NCBI GenBank assembly: GCA_963824485.1
Contig: CAWGPH010000006.1
Span: 5,491-69,490, forward strand
Source: an uncultured Actinomycetes bacterium
GTDB taxonomy: Bacteria > Actinomycetota > Thermoleophilia > Solirubrobacterales > 70-9
Direction: 5' to 3'
Length of the DNA: 64,000 nucleotides
Under the pieces are notes generated by a model, which was not told the DNA's origin, ran no database searches, and worked only from the letters and a program-made list of their open reading frames with translations. This document shows positions 53,091 through 62,218 of this stretch, piece after piece (within the stretch, counting starts at the first letter, position 1; each line of letters opens with the position of its first letter). The position numbers and the translations under genes were made by a program.

Positions 53091-54761
53091 ATGCGCGTGG
53101 CCCTCGCCCAGATCAACCCGACCGTCGGTGACGTCGACGGCAACAAGGCGAAGGTCGCCGCCTGGATCGACCGGGCCCGCGCGGCCGGCGCCGACCTCGC
53201 GATCTTCCCCGAGCTCTGCGTCCCCGGCTACCCGGCCGAGGACCTCTACCTGAAGCCACACTTCCTCGCCGCCAACGTGAAGGCCGTCGAGGCGCTGGCG
53301 GCCGAGCTCGAGCCCGGGATCACGGTGATGGTCGGCTTCGCCGAGCCGGTCCCCGGCGGCGGCGACTACCGCCACGCCCACAACTCGCTCGCCGTCCTCG
53401 CCGACGGCGCCGTGCAGGCCGTCTACCGCAAGAACCGCCTCCCCAACTACGCCGTCTTCGACGAGCAGCGCTACTTCGTCCCGGGCCGCGACGGGGACAT
53501 GATCGAGGTCGGCGACACCAGCGTCGGCCTGACCATCTGCGAGGACACCTGGGTGCCCGGACCGCCCGGCCAGGCCGAGGCCGACTCCGGCGCGGCGCTG
53601 ATCGCCAACCCCTCCGGCTCGCCCTACCACCGCGGCAAGGGCCCCGAACGCGAAGCGATGTTCGGCGAGCGGGCGCGCGAGTACGGCGCGTACTTCGCCT
53701 TCGTCAATCTGGTCGGCGGCCAGGACGAGCTGGTCTTCGACGGCCAGAGCCTGCTGCTCGGACCCGACGGCGAGGTGCTGGCCCGGGCGGCCCAGTTCGA
53801 GGAGGAGCTCCTGCTCGCTGAGGTCCCCCCCGCGCCCGGCGCCCCGGCGCCCCTCGCCGCGCCCCTCGCCGACCTCGACGAGGTCTACGCGGCGCTCGTC
53901 CTCGGCCTCCGCGACTACGTCGAGAAGAACGGCTTCGGTCACGTCGGGCTGGGGATCTCGGGCGGCATCGACTCGGCCCTGGTCGCGATGCTCGCGGTCG
54001 ACGCGCTCGGGGCCGAGCGGGTCACGCTGGTCGTCATGCCCTCGCCGCATTCCAGTGATGAAACCCAGGAGGACGCCCGCCAGATCGCCCGCAACCTGGG
54101 GACCGAGCTGGTCGAGATCGGGATCGCGCCGATGATGGAGGGCTACCGCGAGGCGCTCGACGTCCACCTGCGGCCCGACGCCGAGGACGCGGGCAACTCC
54201 CCAACCGACCCGACCCGGCCCTCCGAGCCCGACCTCGCCGCCGAGAACATCCAGGCGCGGATCCGCGGCAACCTGATGATGGCGCTGTCCAACCGGCACG
54301 GCTGGCTGGTCCTCACCACCGGCAACAAGAGCGAGATGTCGGTCGGCTACGCGACCCTCTACGGCGACATGGCGGGCGGCTTCGCGGTGATCAAGGACGT
54401 GCCGAAGACGCTCGTCTACCAGTTGGTCGAACGGCGCAACGAACGGGCCGGACGCGAGCTGGTGCCCGCCGCGGTGATCGAGCGGCCGCCCTCGGCCGAG
54501 CTCCGCCCCGATCAGCTCGACAGCGACTCGCTGCCCGACTACGACCTGCTCGACCGCGTCCTCGAGGCCTACGTCGAGCAGGACAAGGGCCGCGACGAGA
54601 TGGTCGCCGCCGGTCTGCCCGGCGAGATCGTCGACGAGGTGATCCGTCTGGTCGACCGCGCCGAGTACAAGCGCCGCCAGGCCGCCCCCGGCATCCGCAT
54701 CACCCCGCGAGCCTTCGGCAGGGACCGTCGCTTGCCAATAACGAACCGCTTCGGCGGCTGA
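53091..54761 (+). CDS. nadE: Glutamine-dependent NAD+ synthetase
   Basis: N-terminal C-N hydrolase domain (FPELCVPGYP, ICEDTW) and a C-terminal synthetase domain (SGGIDSALV P-loop). Confidence 0.9.
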   Translation: MRVALAQINPTVGDVDGNKAKVAAWIDRARAAGADLAIFPELCVPGYPAEDLYLKPHFLAANVKAVEALAAELEPGITVMVGFAEPVPGGGDYRHAHNSLAVLADGAVQAVYRKNRLPNYAVFDEQRYFVPGRDGDMIEVGDTSVGLTICEDTWVPGPPGQAEADSGAALIANPSGSPYHRGKGPEREAMFGERAREYGAYFAFVNLVGGQDELVFDGQSLLLGPDGEVLARAAQFEEELLLAEVPPAPGAPAPLAAPLADLDEVYAALVLGLRDYVEKNGFGHVGLGISGGIDSALVAMLAVDALGAERVTLVVMPSPHSSDETQEDARQIARNLGTELVEIGIAPMMEGYREALDVHLRPDAEDAGNSPTDPTRPSEPDLAAENIQARIRGNLMMALSNRHGWLVLTTGNKSEMSVGYATLYGDMAGGFAVIKDVPKTLVYQLVERRNERAGRELVPAAVIERPPSAELRPDQLDSDSLPDYDLLDRVLEAYVEQDKGRDEMVAAGLPGEIVDEVIRLVDRAEYKRRQAAPGIRITPRAFGRDRRLPITNRFGG

Positions 54762-54780
54762 TCCGTCACACCGCCGCCGC

Positions 54781-54825
54781 CGATGGGCCGAAAACCGGAC
54801 CCATAGGCAGGTTTTCGGCCCATCG
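54781..54825. repeat. Palindromic repeat family 2, copy 2
   Basis: CGATGGGCCGAAAACC...GGTTTTCGGCCCATCG has the same arms and flanks as 12223-12267 and a longer apex. It lies between convergent genes. Confidence 0.6.
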
Positions 54826-54861
54826 ACCCAGGGGGTCCGACAAAGGGTCCGCGCCTCGGTG

Positions 54862-55266
54862 TCAGGACTGTGGCGCGGGGCGCACTGCCATGGTCATCTT
54901 GGCAACCGCGCAGAGGCGCTCGTCGTCGTCGACGATCTCGACCTGCCAGACCCAGGTGCTGCGGCCGCGGTGGCGGGCGACGGCGCGGGCTTCGGCGTGA
55001 CCGCTGGTCACCGGACGGATGAAGCTGACCTCGATCGCCTGCCCCATCGCGATCATCCCGTCCGGGTAGACCGCCGCCGCGGTGGAGTAGGAGCAGAGGC
55101 TCTCGATCAGGGTCGAGTAGACGCCACCGTGGAGGAGGCCATAAGGCTGGCGCAGCTCGTCGCGGAACTCGACGCGGGCGCGGGCGTCGTCGGGGTCGAG
55201 CTGGATCCACTCGGTCCCGACGTGGAGGTCGAAATTGGATTGACTCTTAATCGGATCCTCGCTCAC
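54862..55266 (-). CDS. PaaI-family hotdog-fold thioesterase
   Basis: LHGGVYSTLIES motif, about 134 aa. Confidence 0.75.
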   Translation of the reverse strand: MSEDPIKSQSNFDLHVGTEWIQLDPDDARARVEFRDELRQPYGLLHGGVYSTLIESLCSYSTAAAVYPDGMIAMGQAIEVSFIRPVTSGHAEARAVARHRGRSTWVWQVEIVDDDERLCAVAKMTMAVRPAPQS

Positions 55267-55297
55267 GTCGCCGCGGACCCTATTAGGGTTTCGCGCG

Positions 55298-56338
55298 GTG
55301 GCGCTGAGCGACGAGCAGAATGCGATGCTGCGCCTGTTGGCCCAGGGCGAGCAGAGCTACGCGGACATCGCGGCCCTCCTGGGGCAGAGCGAGGACGAGG
55401 TGCGGGCCAAGGTGGTCGGCGCGCTCGCTCAGCTGCAGGCCGAAGGCAAGCCCGCGCCGGACATCCCGCCGCCGATCGCCGGCGGGGCGAAACCGGCGGC
55501 CGAAGTCGCGCCGCCCGAGCCGGAGCCGATTCCCGCGCCGCCGCCCGCGAAAGAGGAGCCGGCCGAGCCGGTGGTCGCCGACACGGTCGCGCCGCGGGCC
55601 GCCGCGCCGACGCCGCCGAAACCGGCCGCCGCGCCGCCCGCGTCCCCTCCCTCTTCCGGGCCGCCGCCGTCCGGCGGGCGCACGATCACGCTTCCCTCGG
55701 GCCGAAACGCCTGGATCCTCGGCGGTGGCATCCTCGCCGCGATCGTGGTGATCGTCGTCGTCATCCTGGTCGCCTCGGGCGGCGGCGGAGGCGGCTCCTC
55801 GACCACCTCGACCGAAGGGGGCTCGACCACCGCCGAAGAAGGCGCCGCCGAAAACACCGCCGCCTCGAAAGAAGCGACTCAGGCCAAACTGAGTGCCGTC
55901 GATGGCAGCGAAGCGGTCGGGATGGCGACCTTCGGCCGAGTCAAGAACAAGCTGGCGCTGCAGGTCGAAGCCACCGGGCTCGAACCGACCACCGAAGGCA
56001 CCAACGCCTACACGATCTGGCTCGCCCAGTCGCCGCGGAAGATGCTGCCGCTGGCCTCGACCGCGGTGAAATCGAGCGGTAAGGGCGCCGAAGAGATCGC
56101 CGCCGAGTTCGAAGTGCCGGTCGAAGTCCTCGCCTACCTGGCCGACGGCACGTTCGACCAGATCGCGATCACGCGGACCGAAACCGCACGGCTGACGGCC
56201 TCGATCAAAGCCGCGAAGAACAAGAAGACCACGCCCGCCTACACCGGGGAAGCGGTCCTGCGCGGGACGATCACCGGCCCGATCGTCGGCGTCGCCAAGC
56301 GCGAAGAAGAAAAGAAGGCCGAAGAAAAGGGCGAATAG
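55298..56338 (+). CDS. Membrane protein with N-terminal HTH-like segment, Pro/Ala-rich linker, one TM helix and an extracytoplasmic domain
   Basis: LSDEQNAMLRLLAQGEQSYADIAALLGQSEDEV (sigma region-4/LuxR-like helix pair) and a TM helix ILGGGILAAIVVIVVVILV. Function unknown. Confidence 0.55.
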   Translation: MALSDEQNAMLRLLAQGEQSYADIAALLGQSEDEVRAKVVGALAQLQAEGKPAPDIPPPIAGGAKPAAEVAPPEPEPIPAPPPAKEEPAEPVVADTVAPRAAAPTPPKPAAAPPASPPSSGPPPSGGRTITLPSGRNAWILGGGILAAIVVIVVVILVASGGGGGGSSTTSTEGGSTTAEEGAAENTAASKEATQAKLSAVDGSEAVGMATFGRVKNKLALQVEATGLEPTTEGTNAYTIWLAQSPRKMLPLASTAVKSSGKGAEEIAAEFEVPVEVLAYLADGTFDQIAITRTETARLTASIKAAKNKKTTPAYTGEAVLRGTITGPIVGVAKREEEKKAEEKGE

Positions 56339-56354
56339 CCCGCCGGCGGACTGC

Positions 56355-56393
56355 GTTCGCAGTTTCCTGCGCTATCCGAGGATAACTGCGAAC
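56355..56393. repeat. 39-bp hairpin repeat family 1, copy F
   Basis: GTTCGCAGTTTCCTGCG-CTATC-CGAGGATAACTGCGAAC. The stem is imperfect, and the copy lies between convergent genes. Confidence 0.75.
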
Positions 56394-56400
56394 TCGCCGG

Positions 56401-58026
56401 TCAGGGCAGCAGCTTGCCGGGGTTCATGATCCCGGTCGGGTCGAGCCGCTCCTTCACCGCCCGCAGCACCTCGAGCCCTGTCTCCCCCACCTCCGCCGCC
56501 ATGTAAGGCTCATGGTCGCGGCCGACCGCGTGGTGGTGGGTGATCGTCGCACCGTTGGCGACGATCGCCTCGCTCGCCGCCAGCTTGACCGCCTTCCACT
56601 GTTCGAGCTCGGCGCCCCGCTTCGCCCGCGAGATGAAGGTGAAGTAGAGCGAGGCGCCGTCGGCGTAGGCGTGGGAGAGGTGGCAGAAGACGAGGCCGGG
56701 CGTGCCCTGGCCCGCCAGCGTGCCGGAGATCGCCGAGCCGACCGCCCGGTGGAGCTCGCCGAGCCGGGTCCAGGTGTGAGAGGTCTCGAGCGTCTCGGCC
56801 ATCACCCCCATCCCCATCAGCAGGTCGCGCTGGTAGGGCCCACCGTAGCGCCCGTGCTCCCAGGAGCGGCCGGCGGCCCGGCCCAGGTAGACGGCGCCGC
56901 CGCCGCGCAGCGCCCGCACCGCGAGGGCGCGCCGCCGCGTCACCGTCTCCTCGTCGCCCTCGAAGCCGAGGATCATCAGCGCCCCGTCCTCGCGCCGCCG
57001 CGCCCGCAGGTAGGCGCCGAAGGCCTTCCCGGCCGTCCCGCGCGGGCCGGAGAGGGCGAGCGAGCCTACCGTCTCCTCCTCGTCGGAGACGCGGATCACG
57101 GTCGGCAGGCCGGGGCCCTGGGCGAGGGCGCGGACGATCTCCGTCCCCGCCTCGAAGCTCTCCGCCATCCAGGCCTCGTAGCGCCGCTGCGGCGGCGCCG
57201 GCCGCACCCGCACGGTGACGTCGGGGATCACGCCGAGCACACCCTCGGAGCCGATCACGACCTCGCGCAGCGCCGGGCCGGCGGCGGTGTGCGGGGTTTC
57301 CAGCGTGCTCAGGTTCCCGGCCGGGGCCAGCAGCCGGACCGAGCTGACCAGCGAGTCGAAGCGCCCGTAGCCGCTCGACGCCTGCCCGGCCGAGCGGGTC
57401 GCCGCGAAGCCGCCGATCGTCGCGTACTCGAAGGACTGCGGGAAGTGGCCGAGAGTGAGGCCCTGGGCGCCGAGCGCCGCCTCCGCCTCGGGGCCGCGCA
57501 GGCCGGCGCCGAGCCGCGCGGTCAGCGAGGTGTCGTCGACGACGACCTCGCGCAGCGCGGTCAGGTCGAGGCTGATCAGCGCCTCATGGGAGCCGCGCAG
57601 CGGCTCGACCCCGCCGACCACGCTGGTGCCGCCGCCGAACGGCACCACGGCGACCCCGTGCGCCGCGCAGGCGTCGATCAGCCGCCCCACCGCCGCCGCG
57701 TCGGCCGGGACGAGGACCGCGTCCGGCGCGTCCTCCAGCCGCCCCGAGCGCAGCCGCGCCAGGTCGACGTAGCCGCTCCCGTGGGCGTGACGCAGCCGGT
57801 CCTCCTTCGAGTCGAAGACGGCCGCCGCGCCGACCGCGTCGAGCACCGCCTGCGGCAGCGGCCGCGCCGCCGGGAGCTGGAACTTGTCGATCTGCGCCGC
57901 GAGCGGCCACGGCTCGAGCTCCCCGATCCGTTCCCGCAGCACCCCGAGCGCGGTGTCGTCGAGCTCGGCCTGGCGCGCCGGGTCGCCCCAGCCCCACCAA
58001 TTGGTGTCGCGGCGCGGCGCGGTCAC
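56401..58026 (-). CDS. FAD-linked oxidase (alkyldihydroxyacetonephosphate synthase/GlcD-like)
   Basis: NWWGWGDP N-terminus, an FAD-binding PCMH domain (VVPFGGGTSVVGG) and a C-terminal ITHHHAVGRDH. The GTG at 58026 overlaps the upstream stop (GTGA). Confidence 0.8.
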   Translation of the reverse strand: MTAPRRDTNWWGWGDPARQAELDDTALGVLRERIGELEPWPLAAQIDKFQLPAARPLPQAVLDAVGAAAVFDSKEDRLRHAHGSGYVDLARLRSGRLEDAPDAVLVPADAAAVGRLIDACAAHGVAVVPFGGGTSVVGGVEPLRGSHEALISLDLTALREVVVDDTSLTARLGAGLRGPEAEAALGAQGLTLGHFPQSFEYATIGGFAATRSAGQASSGYGRFDSLVSSVRLLAPAGNLSTLETPHTAAGPALREVVIGSEGVLGVIPDVTVRVRPAPPQRRYEAWMAESFEAGTEIVRALAQGPGLPTVIRVSDEEETVGSLALSGPRGTAGKAFGAYLRARRREDGALMILGFEGDEETVTRRRALAVRALRGGGAVYLGRAAGRSWEHGRYGGPYQRDLLMGMGVMAETLETSHTWTRLGELHRAVGSAISGTLAGQGTPGLVFCHLSHAYADGASLYFTFISRAKRGAELEQWKAVKLAASEAIVANGATITHHHAVGRDHEPYMAAEVGETGLEVLRAVKERLDPTGIMNPGKLLP

Positions 58027-58478
58027 GCCAGCGCTTCCTCGATCCCGTCCAGCGCCGCATCGAGGATGTCGCGCTGGCCTTTGCGCATCAGCCAACCGCC
58101 GAGCCGCGACATCCCGCGCATCGTCTGCGAGGAGGTCATCACCACCCGCGTCTCCCCCTCGCCGGCGCCGTGCAGCTCGATCTCCACCCGCGAGTCCTTG
58201 ATGTGCTTGGCGAACGGCGAGTCCTCCAGCTGCTGCTCCCAGACGTAGCGTTCCGGCTCGGCCGCCGAGACGCAGCGATAGTCGGCCCGCACGCCGCGCC
58301 CGTGCTGGGTCTCGAGCACCTTGGTCCATTGGCTGCGGCGACCGCCGGAGCGGGCGTCGACGTCCTCGACCCGCGAGACCCGCGGCCACCAGCGGGGCAG
58401 CGCGTAGGGATCGGAGACGAGCTTCCAGACCTCGGGGACGGCGGCCTCGACCGTCCGCCTGCGGGTCACCCGCGGCAA
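58023..58478 (-). CDS. SRPBCC (START/polyketide cyclase-like) family protein
   Basis: VWKLVSDPYALPRWWP pattern, about 151 aa. Confidence 0.7.
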   Translation of the reverse strand: MPRVTRRRTVEAAVPEVWKLVSDPYALPRWWPRVSRVEDVDARSGGRRSQWTKVLETQHGRGVRADYRCVSAAEPERYVWEQQLEDSPFAKHIKDSRVEIELHGAGEGETRVVMTSSQTMRGMSRLGGWLMRKGQRDILDAALDGIEEALA

Positions 58479-58487
58479 GGCGCCGCC

Positions 58488-59237
58488 TCAGTCGCCGGCG
58501 AGGCGGCGCAGGTCGCGGACCAGCAGCAGGTGCTTGAAGTGGCTGACGGTCGCGGCGAGGCTTTCGAGGCTCTGCAGGGCCTCCTTGCGGCGCTCCGGGT
58601 TGCGGGAGCGCAGCGACGGTCCCAGCAGCGCTTCGAGGAGCTGCGCCTCACGGTCGGCGGAGGAACGAAAGACGCGCAGGTTGCGCGCCCCGACCCCGAC
58701 CCGTGACAGTTCGTTGGCGGCGCGGACGATCTCGCGGTCGGTCTCGTCGTAGACGATCCGCCCCTCGCGTTTCTCCGGCTGGACGATCCCGTAGCCCTCC
58801 AGCTCGGAGACGAGCTCCTCGCGCGCGCCGGTCTCCTCCAGGATGTCTTCGAGGCCCAGGTAGGTCCGCGAGGTGTCGACCAGGATCGCCCGCCGCACCG
58901 CGCCGGAGGCCGGTTTGCGGTCGCCGTCGCCAAGGACGCCGAGGTCGTTGCCGGCGGCGAGCTCCTGGCGGATCACCCGCAGTGGCAGGAACTCGTCGCG
59001 CTGCAGGCGCAGGATCGTGCGCAGCCGCTCGACGTCGGACTGGCTGTAGAGGCGGTAGCCGCCCGAGGTCCGCCGCGGGCTGAGCAGCTTCTGGTCCTCG
59101 AGGTAGCGGATCTTCGAGATCGAGACGTCGTCGAACTCACTCTGCAGGATCTTGCAGACGGCGCCGATCGTCAGCGCCTTGCGGGGACGGGAAGCGGAAT
59201 CCGGCGTGCGCCGGGTAGGTTCGGAGACGGACGCCAT
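58488..59237 (-). CDS. MerR-family transcriptional regulator (FtsR-like, two MerR-type segments)
   Basis: LTIGAVCKILQ...ISKIRYLEDQKLLSPRRTSGGYRLYSQSDVERL, in conserved synteny with an FHA protein. Confidence 0.85.
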   Translation of the reverse strand: MASVSEPTRRTPDSASRPRKALTIGAVCKILQSEFDDVSISKIRYLEDQKLLSPRRTSGGYRLYSQSDVERLRTILRLQRDEFLPLRVIRQELAAGNDLGVLGDGDRKPASGAVRRAILVDTSRTYLGLEDILEETGAREELVSELEGYGIVQPEKREGRIVYDETDREIVRAANELSRVGVGARNLRVFRSSADREAQLLEALLGPSLRSRNPERRKEALQSLESLAATVSHFKHLLLVRDLRRLAGD

Positions 59238-59728
59238 CAGCGCTCCAGGTAGCTGAGCTTGTACTTGCCGACCTGGATCTCGTCGCCCTCGGCGAGCCGG
59301 TGCGACTCGATCCGCCGGCGGTTCACGTAGGTGCCGTTGAGCGAGCCGAGGTCGTCGATGTAGAGGCCGTCGCGGCGGCGGACCAGCAGCGCGTGATTGC
59401 GCGAGACGGTGACATCGTCGAGGAAGACGCCCGCGTCGGGGCTGCGGCCGATCGAGGTGCGGTCCTCGTCGATCGAGAAGCTCTCGCCGGCGCGGCCGCC
59501 GCCGGCCCGGATCACCAGCGCCGCGCCCGAGGCCTCGACCACCTCGTCGATGTCGACCGGCTGCATATCGCCGGTCTCGTCGACCCGGTAGGTCATCGTC
59601 GTCGGATCCTCACCGCCCTCGCCGGCACCGCTCTCCGCCGGGCCGCCCAGGTAGGCGCCGCATTTCTGGCAGTAGTTGGCGCCCTCGGGGTTCGCGAATC
59701 CGCACTCGGGGCAGTGGACGGCGGCCAT
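59237..59728 (-). CDS. FHA-domain protein with N-terminal zinc ribbon (GarA/OdhI-like)
   Basis: CPECG...CQKCG followed by an FHA core (SIGRSPDAGVFLDDVTVSRNHALL...SLNGTYVN). Confidence 0.85.
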   Translation of the reverse strand: MAAVHCPECGFANPEGANYCQKCGAYLGGPAESGAGEGGEDPTTMTYRVDETGDMQPVDIDEVVEASGAALVIRAGGGRAGESFSIDEDRTSIGRSPDAGVFLDDVTVSRNHALLVRRRDGLYIDDLGSLNGTYVNRRRIESHRLAEGDEIQVGKYKLSYLER

Positions 59729-59743
59729 CCGGACTCCTTGGCC

Positions 59744-60004
59744 CTAGGCGGCCGGGTCCTCGCCCTGGGCCTTGCCCGCGAGGATTCGGGTCAGCTGCTC
59801 GACGTCGTCGCCGGAGATCAGCGAATCGCCGCGCTCGCGTTTCTGGCGCAGGCGATTGACGAGCTCGGCGCGCAAGATATCGATTTTGCCGTGCAGAACG
59901 CGCCGTTTGTAGGAGATCTCGTTCTCCTCCGCGGTCAGGTTGTCGATCAGGTCCTTCAGCTCCTTGTCGCTGAGCGAACCGAGATCGGGAAAGGTGTCCT
60001 CCAT
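59744..60004 (-). CDS. Small coiled-coil protein (86 aa), possible single-motif RsiG-like protein
   Basis: LSDKELKDLIDNLTAEENEISYKRRVLHGKIDILRAEL contains E-x3-S-x2-R-x3-H-x3-D, one residue off the RsiG c-di-GMP motif as I recall it. The ATG at 60004 is chosen. Confidence 0.55.
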   Translation of the reverse strand: MEDTFPDLGSLSDKELKDLIDNLTAEENEISYKRRVLHGKIDILRAELVNRLRQKRERGDSLISGDDVEQLTRILAGKAQGEDPAA

Positions 60005-60163
60005 CGTGCTCCTTAGAGAGAGTTGCGCCGGCCCGCCTTCACGACGGCGGGAGCGCAGTATAGATCGGTCGACCAAAAGGTTCAACCGCAGGTTGAAGGT
60101 TCCCGAGGAGCGCGCGGCCGATCGGCGCCCGAGGCGATTTCAACCCTCACCCCCACCCCGAGC

Positions 60164-60202
60164 GTTCGCACTTATCGTCGCATACCGACGAGAAGTGCGA
60201 AC
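60164..60202. repeat. 39-bp hairpin repeat family 1, copy G
   Basis: GTTCGCACTTATCGTCG-CATAC-CGACGAGAAGTGCGAAC, with one stem mismatch and a variant loop. Confidence 0.75.
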
Positions 60203-60212
60203 TCACCGGTGG

Positions 60213-60851
60213 TCAGGCCCCTACCTTGGTTGCGCGGACGGCGAGGATGCCGGTGCGGGCGTAGAGGACGGTGGCGATGATCGCCATGAACAGGCCGAAG
60301 AGCAGGAGCGCGGTCGGCACCCAGCCGGCGAAGACCATCGCGAAGAAGATCCCGGCCATGATCCAGAAGACCGCGATCCGCCCCGGCCAGTTGATCGCGA
60401 TGTCGACACCGTGGCGGAGCCCGTACTCGGCGAGACAGAGCATCACCAGCTCGCGCAGGGCGAGGACGATCAGCGCCCAGCGCGGCAGCAGCTCGAAGCT
60501 CCAGCAGACGAGCGCCCCGGAGATCACCGTGAGCCGGTCGACGAAGGGGTCGAGCAGTGCTCCCATGCGGCTGTATTGACCGGTGGCGCGGGCGAGGAAG
60601 CCGTCGAGGTAGTCGCCTGCGGCGATCAGCCAGAAGAGCGTCGCGGCGGCGGCCGAGCGCCCGTCCGCCGAGGAGTAGGCGAGGATCAGGAAGACCGGGA
60701 TGCCGGCCAGCCGGATGTAGCCGACCGCGTTCGGGATCGTCCACGGGTTGAGCGGCTCGCCTTTGCGCGTCTGCCGCGGTTTGGGACCGCTGCGGTCGAG
60801 CCCGAAGAGGCGGCGGACCCGGCCGCGCCCGAACGGATCGACGTCAGTCAT
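60213..60851 (-). CDS. pgsA: CDP-alcohol phosphatidyltransferase (PgsA-type)
   Basis: DYLDGFLARATGQYSRMGALLDPFVDRL equals the D-x2-DG-x2-AR...G-x3-D-x3-D signature. Confidence 0.85.
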   Translation of the reverse strand: MTDVDPFGRGRVRRLFGLDRSGPKPRQTRKGEPLNPWTIPNAVGYIRLAGIPVFLILAYSSADGRSAAAATLFWLIAAGDYLDGFLARATGQYSRMGALLDPFVDRLTVISGALVCWSFELLPRWALIVLALRELVMLCLAEYGLRHGVDIAINWPGRIAVFWIMAGIFFAMVFAGWVPTALLLFGLFMAIIATVLYARTGILAVRATKVGA

Positions 60852-60900
60852 GGAGCAAATCTATACGGCCTCCTGAAGGTCGAGAACCGGGTATCGACCC

Positions 60901-62154
60901 TCAGGCCCGGGTGAAGCGGCGGCCAGCGGTAGGTGACGCGTCCTCGGAGAGCAGCACCTTGTCCGCCTCGCCTTTTTCGACCGCTTCCTTCTCCATCGCG
61001 GCGATCTTCTCCGGGGTGAGTTCGCCCGCGTTCTCCTCCTCGATCTTCGCCAGCCAGGCGGCGCCCTCCTGAGCCTCGGCCTCGTCGACCTCGACCTTGC
61101 CACGGTCGAGCGACTTGTCGATCTCCTCGAAGAGCGTGTCGACCAGCTGCGCCTGCGGGACCTTGCGCAGCGGTTTGCCGCCGGCGAAGATCAGGCCCTC
61201 GTTCTTGGCCCCGGCGATGCCGAAGTCGGCGTGGCTCGCCTCGCCGATCCCGTTCACCGCGCAGCCGAGCACGGCCACCTCGACCGGCTCCTCGTAGCCT
61301 TCCAGCCGCTGCTCGATCTCGGCGACCACCGAGTCCATGTCGAACTGCAGCCGGCCGCAGGTCGGGCAAGCGATCAGGACCGGGCCGCGCTCGCGCAGCC
61401 CGAGCGCCTTGAGGATCTCCCAGGCGACCTTGACCTCCTCCTCGGCGTGGAAGGTCGAGAGGCTGACCCGGATCGTGTCGCCGACCCCGTCGGCGAGCAG
61501 CGTCCCCAGCCCGACCGCCGATTTCAGCGCGCCGGACCATTTCGTCCCGGCCTCGGTGATGCCGAGGTGGAGCGGATAGGGGATTTTCTCCGACAGCTGG
61601 CGGTTGGCGGCGATCGTGTAGGGCACGTTGGTCGACTTGATCGAGACCTTGAAGTTGGTGAAGTCGAGCCCCTCCATCAGTTCGACGAACTCGATCGCGG
61701 CGGCGACCAGCGCCTCGACCGGGGCTTCGCGCTCGAGCGCGTGGAGGTGTTTGGGCAGCGAGCCCGAGTTGACCCCGATCCGCATCGGCACGTTCTTGCG
61801 GTTGGCGACCTCGGCGACCTCGGCGACTTTGTCGCGGCCGCCGATGTTGCCCGGGTTGAGGCGGATGCAGTGGGCGCCCGCTTCGATCGCTTTCAGCGCC
61901 AGGGTGTGGTTGAAGTGGATGTCGGCGATGACCGGGATCGGCGATTCGGCGACGATCGTCCGCAGCGCCTCGGCGTCCTGCTCGCGCGGCACCGCGCAGC
62001 GCACGACGTCAGCGCCCGCGTCGGCGACCTTGCGGATCTGTTCCATCGTCGCGGTCAGATTCGCCGTCTCGGTCTTGGTCATCGTCTGGACCACGACCGG
62101 CGCCCCGCCGCCGATCGGCACGCGCCCGACGAAGATTTGCCGTTTGGAAGCCAT
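60901..62154 (-). CDS. ispG: 4-hydroxy-3-methylbut-2-en-1-yl diphosphate synthase with an acidic C-terminal extension
   Basis: VGRVPIGGGAPVVVQTMT, RINPGNIG-like LNPGNIGG, and the cluster ligands ACPTCGR ... GCAVNGIGE. Confidence 0.9.
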   Translation of the reverse strand: MASKRQIFVGRVPIGGGAPVVVQTMTKTETANLTATMEQIRKVADAGADVVRCAVPREQDAEALRTIVAESPIPVIADIHFNHTLALKAIEAGAHCIRLNPGNIGGRDKVAEVAEVANRKNVPMRIGVNSGSLPKHLHALEREAPVEALVAAAIEFVELMEGLDFTNFKVSIKSTNVPYTIAANRQLSEKIPYPLHLGITEAGTKWSGALKSAVGLGTLLADGVGDTIRVSLSTFHAEEEVKVAWEILKALGLRERGPVLIACPTCGRLQFDMDSVVAEIEQRLEGYEEPVEVAVLGCAVNGIGEASHADFGIAGAKNEGLIFAGGKPLRKVPQAQLVDTLFEEIDKSLDRGKVEVDEAEAQEGAAWLAKIEEENAGELTPEKIAAMEKEAVEKGEADKVLLSEDASPTAGRRFTRA

Positions 62155-62218
62155 GTATGAAGGTTATCCGGGACGGTCCCCCGGCCCGGTCAACGCCCTG
62201 TGTCCGGGCGGCGCGGCC

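Noticed and set aside
14368-60202. Possibility that the recurring 39-bp palindromes represent a CRISPR array or its remnants
   Set aside because: The copies are single and kilobases apart, lie in different spacers and orientations, have no regular repeat-spacer periodicity, and no cas genes are nearby. A REP/MITE-like family fits better.
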